Below, piece after piece: positions 62,489 through 64,000 of a DNA stretch of 64,000 bases. The position numbers and the translations under genes are program-made. Each line of letters begins with the position of its first letter. The stretch's first letter is position 1. The stretch is from Mustelus asterias. Its lineage: Eukaryota. Where the stretch lies: NCBI RefSeq assembly GCF_964213995.1, contig NC_135808.1, positions 34,596,001 through 34,660,000 on the forward strand, written 5' to 3'. The notes beneath the pieces were generated by a model, which saw nothing but the letters and a program-made list of their open reading frames with translations, was not told the DNA's origin and made no database searches.

Positions 62489-64000
62489 ATAGAAACATAG
62501 AAACATAGAAAAAATACAGTTTAGAGGGATGTCTAAACAGGCCCTTCGGCCCACAAGTTGCGCCGGTCATGTCCCTATCTACCTAGGCTTATATATAGGC
62601 CTACCTATAACCCTCAATCCTATTAACTCCCATGTACTCATCCAGAAGTCTCTTAAAAGACCCGATCGAGTTTGCCTCCACCACCACTGACGGCAGCCGA
62701 TTCCACTCACCCACAACCCTCTGAGTGAAAAACTTACCCCTGACATCTCCTCTGTACCTACTCCCCAGCACCTTAAATCTGTGTCCTCTCGTAGCAACCA
62801 TTTCAGCCCTGGGAAAAAGCCTCCGAGAATCCACTCGATCTATACCTCTCAACATCTTGTACACCTCTATCAGGTCACCTCTCATCCTTCGTCTCTCCAA
62901 GGAGAAAAGACCGAGCTCCCTCAACCTATCCTCATAAGGCATGCTACCCAACCCAGGCAACATCCTTGTAAATCTTCTCTGCACCCTTTCAATAATTTCC
63001 ACATCCCTCCTGTAATGAGGCGACCAGAACTGAGCACAGTACTCTAAGTGGGGTCTGACGAGGGTCTTATATAGCTGCATCATTATCCCCGGACTCCTAA
63101 ACTTAATCCCTCGAATGATGAAAGCCAGCACACCATACGCCTTTTTAACCACCTCCTCTATCTGCAAGGCCGATTTAAGAGTCCTATGGACCCGGACCCC
63201 AAGGTCCTTCTGATCCTCCACACTGCTAAGAGTCTTACCCTTGATATTATACTCCTTCATCCCATTTGACCTGCCAAAATGGACTACTACACATTTATCC
63301 GGGTTGAAGTCCATCTGCCACTTCTCTGCCCAGTCTTGCATCCTATCTATGTCACACTGCAGCTTCTGACATCCCTCTAAACTATCCACAACACCACCAA
63401 CCTTCGTGTCGTCGGCAAACTTACCAACCCATCCCTCCAGTTCCTCATCCAGGTCATTTATAAAAATGACAAACAGCAAGGGTCCCAGAACAGATCCCTG
63501 GGGCACTCCACTGGTGACCGACCTCCATTCAGAAAAAGACCCATCTACAACCACTCTCTGCCTTCTGCAGGCAAGCCAGTTCTGGATCCGCAAGGCAACA
63601 GCCCCTTGGATCCCATGCCCTCTCACTTTCTCGAGAAGTCTTGCATGGGGGACCTTACCGAACACCTTGCTGAAGTCCATGTAAACCACATCTACTGCTT
63701 TTCCTTCGTCAATGTGTTTAGTCACATTATCAAAGAACTCCACCAGGCTCGTAAGGCACAATTTGCCTTTGACAAAGCCTTGCTGACTACTTTTGAGCAT
63801 ACTAAGCTTCTCTAAATGTTCATAAATCCTGTCCCTCAGGATCTTCTCCATCAACTTACCAACCACTGAGGTTAGACTCACCGGTCGATAATTTCCTAGG
63901 CTGTCCCTATTCCCTTTCTTGAATATAGGAACCACATCCGCAATCCTCCAATCCTCCAGAACCTCTCCCATCTCCATGGACGGCGCAAAGATCATCGCCA
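62489..64000 (-). mobile_element. CR1 ORF2 RT region, open to the window end
   Basis: ORF 62601..63995; (tagaaaca)n tail. Confidence 0.95.

Overview
This window is eukaryotic and almost entirely nested transposable elements. The V-SINE/HE1-type SINEs and the CR1 families point to a cartilaginous fish (inference). It contains many CR1-clade LINE copies (one near full length), Rex1-type LINE fragments, four tRNA-derived V-SINEs, and three Penelope-like fragments (RT and/or GIY-YIG), each ending in a minimal hammerhead ribozyme. There are also several decayed Harbinger/PIF DNA transposons (HARBI1-like transposase convergent with a spliced Myb/SANT plus coiled-coil gene) and three Gypsy LTR retrotransposons: A 35906-40485 (-), B 41057-46325 (+) and C 51843-56547 (+). 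No intact host gene is recognisable. The Gypsy family is the most unusual feature. It has no tRNA primer-binding site. Instead the 12-15 nt starting 1 nt after the 5' LTR are complementary to an AATAAA-containing stretch inside the LTR, and the pairing is kept through compensating changes in all three copies, which suggests self-priming and/or poly(A)-signal occlusion. All three copies also carry YLDN in place of the RT catalytic YxDD motif. All coordinates and alignments were done by eye.
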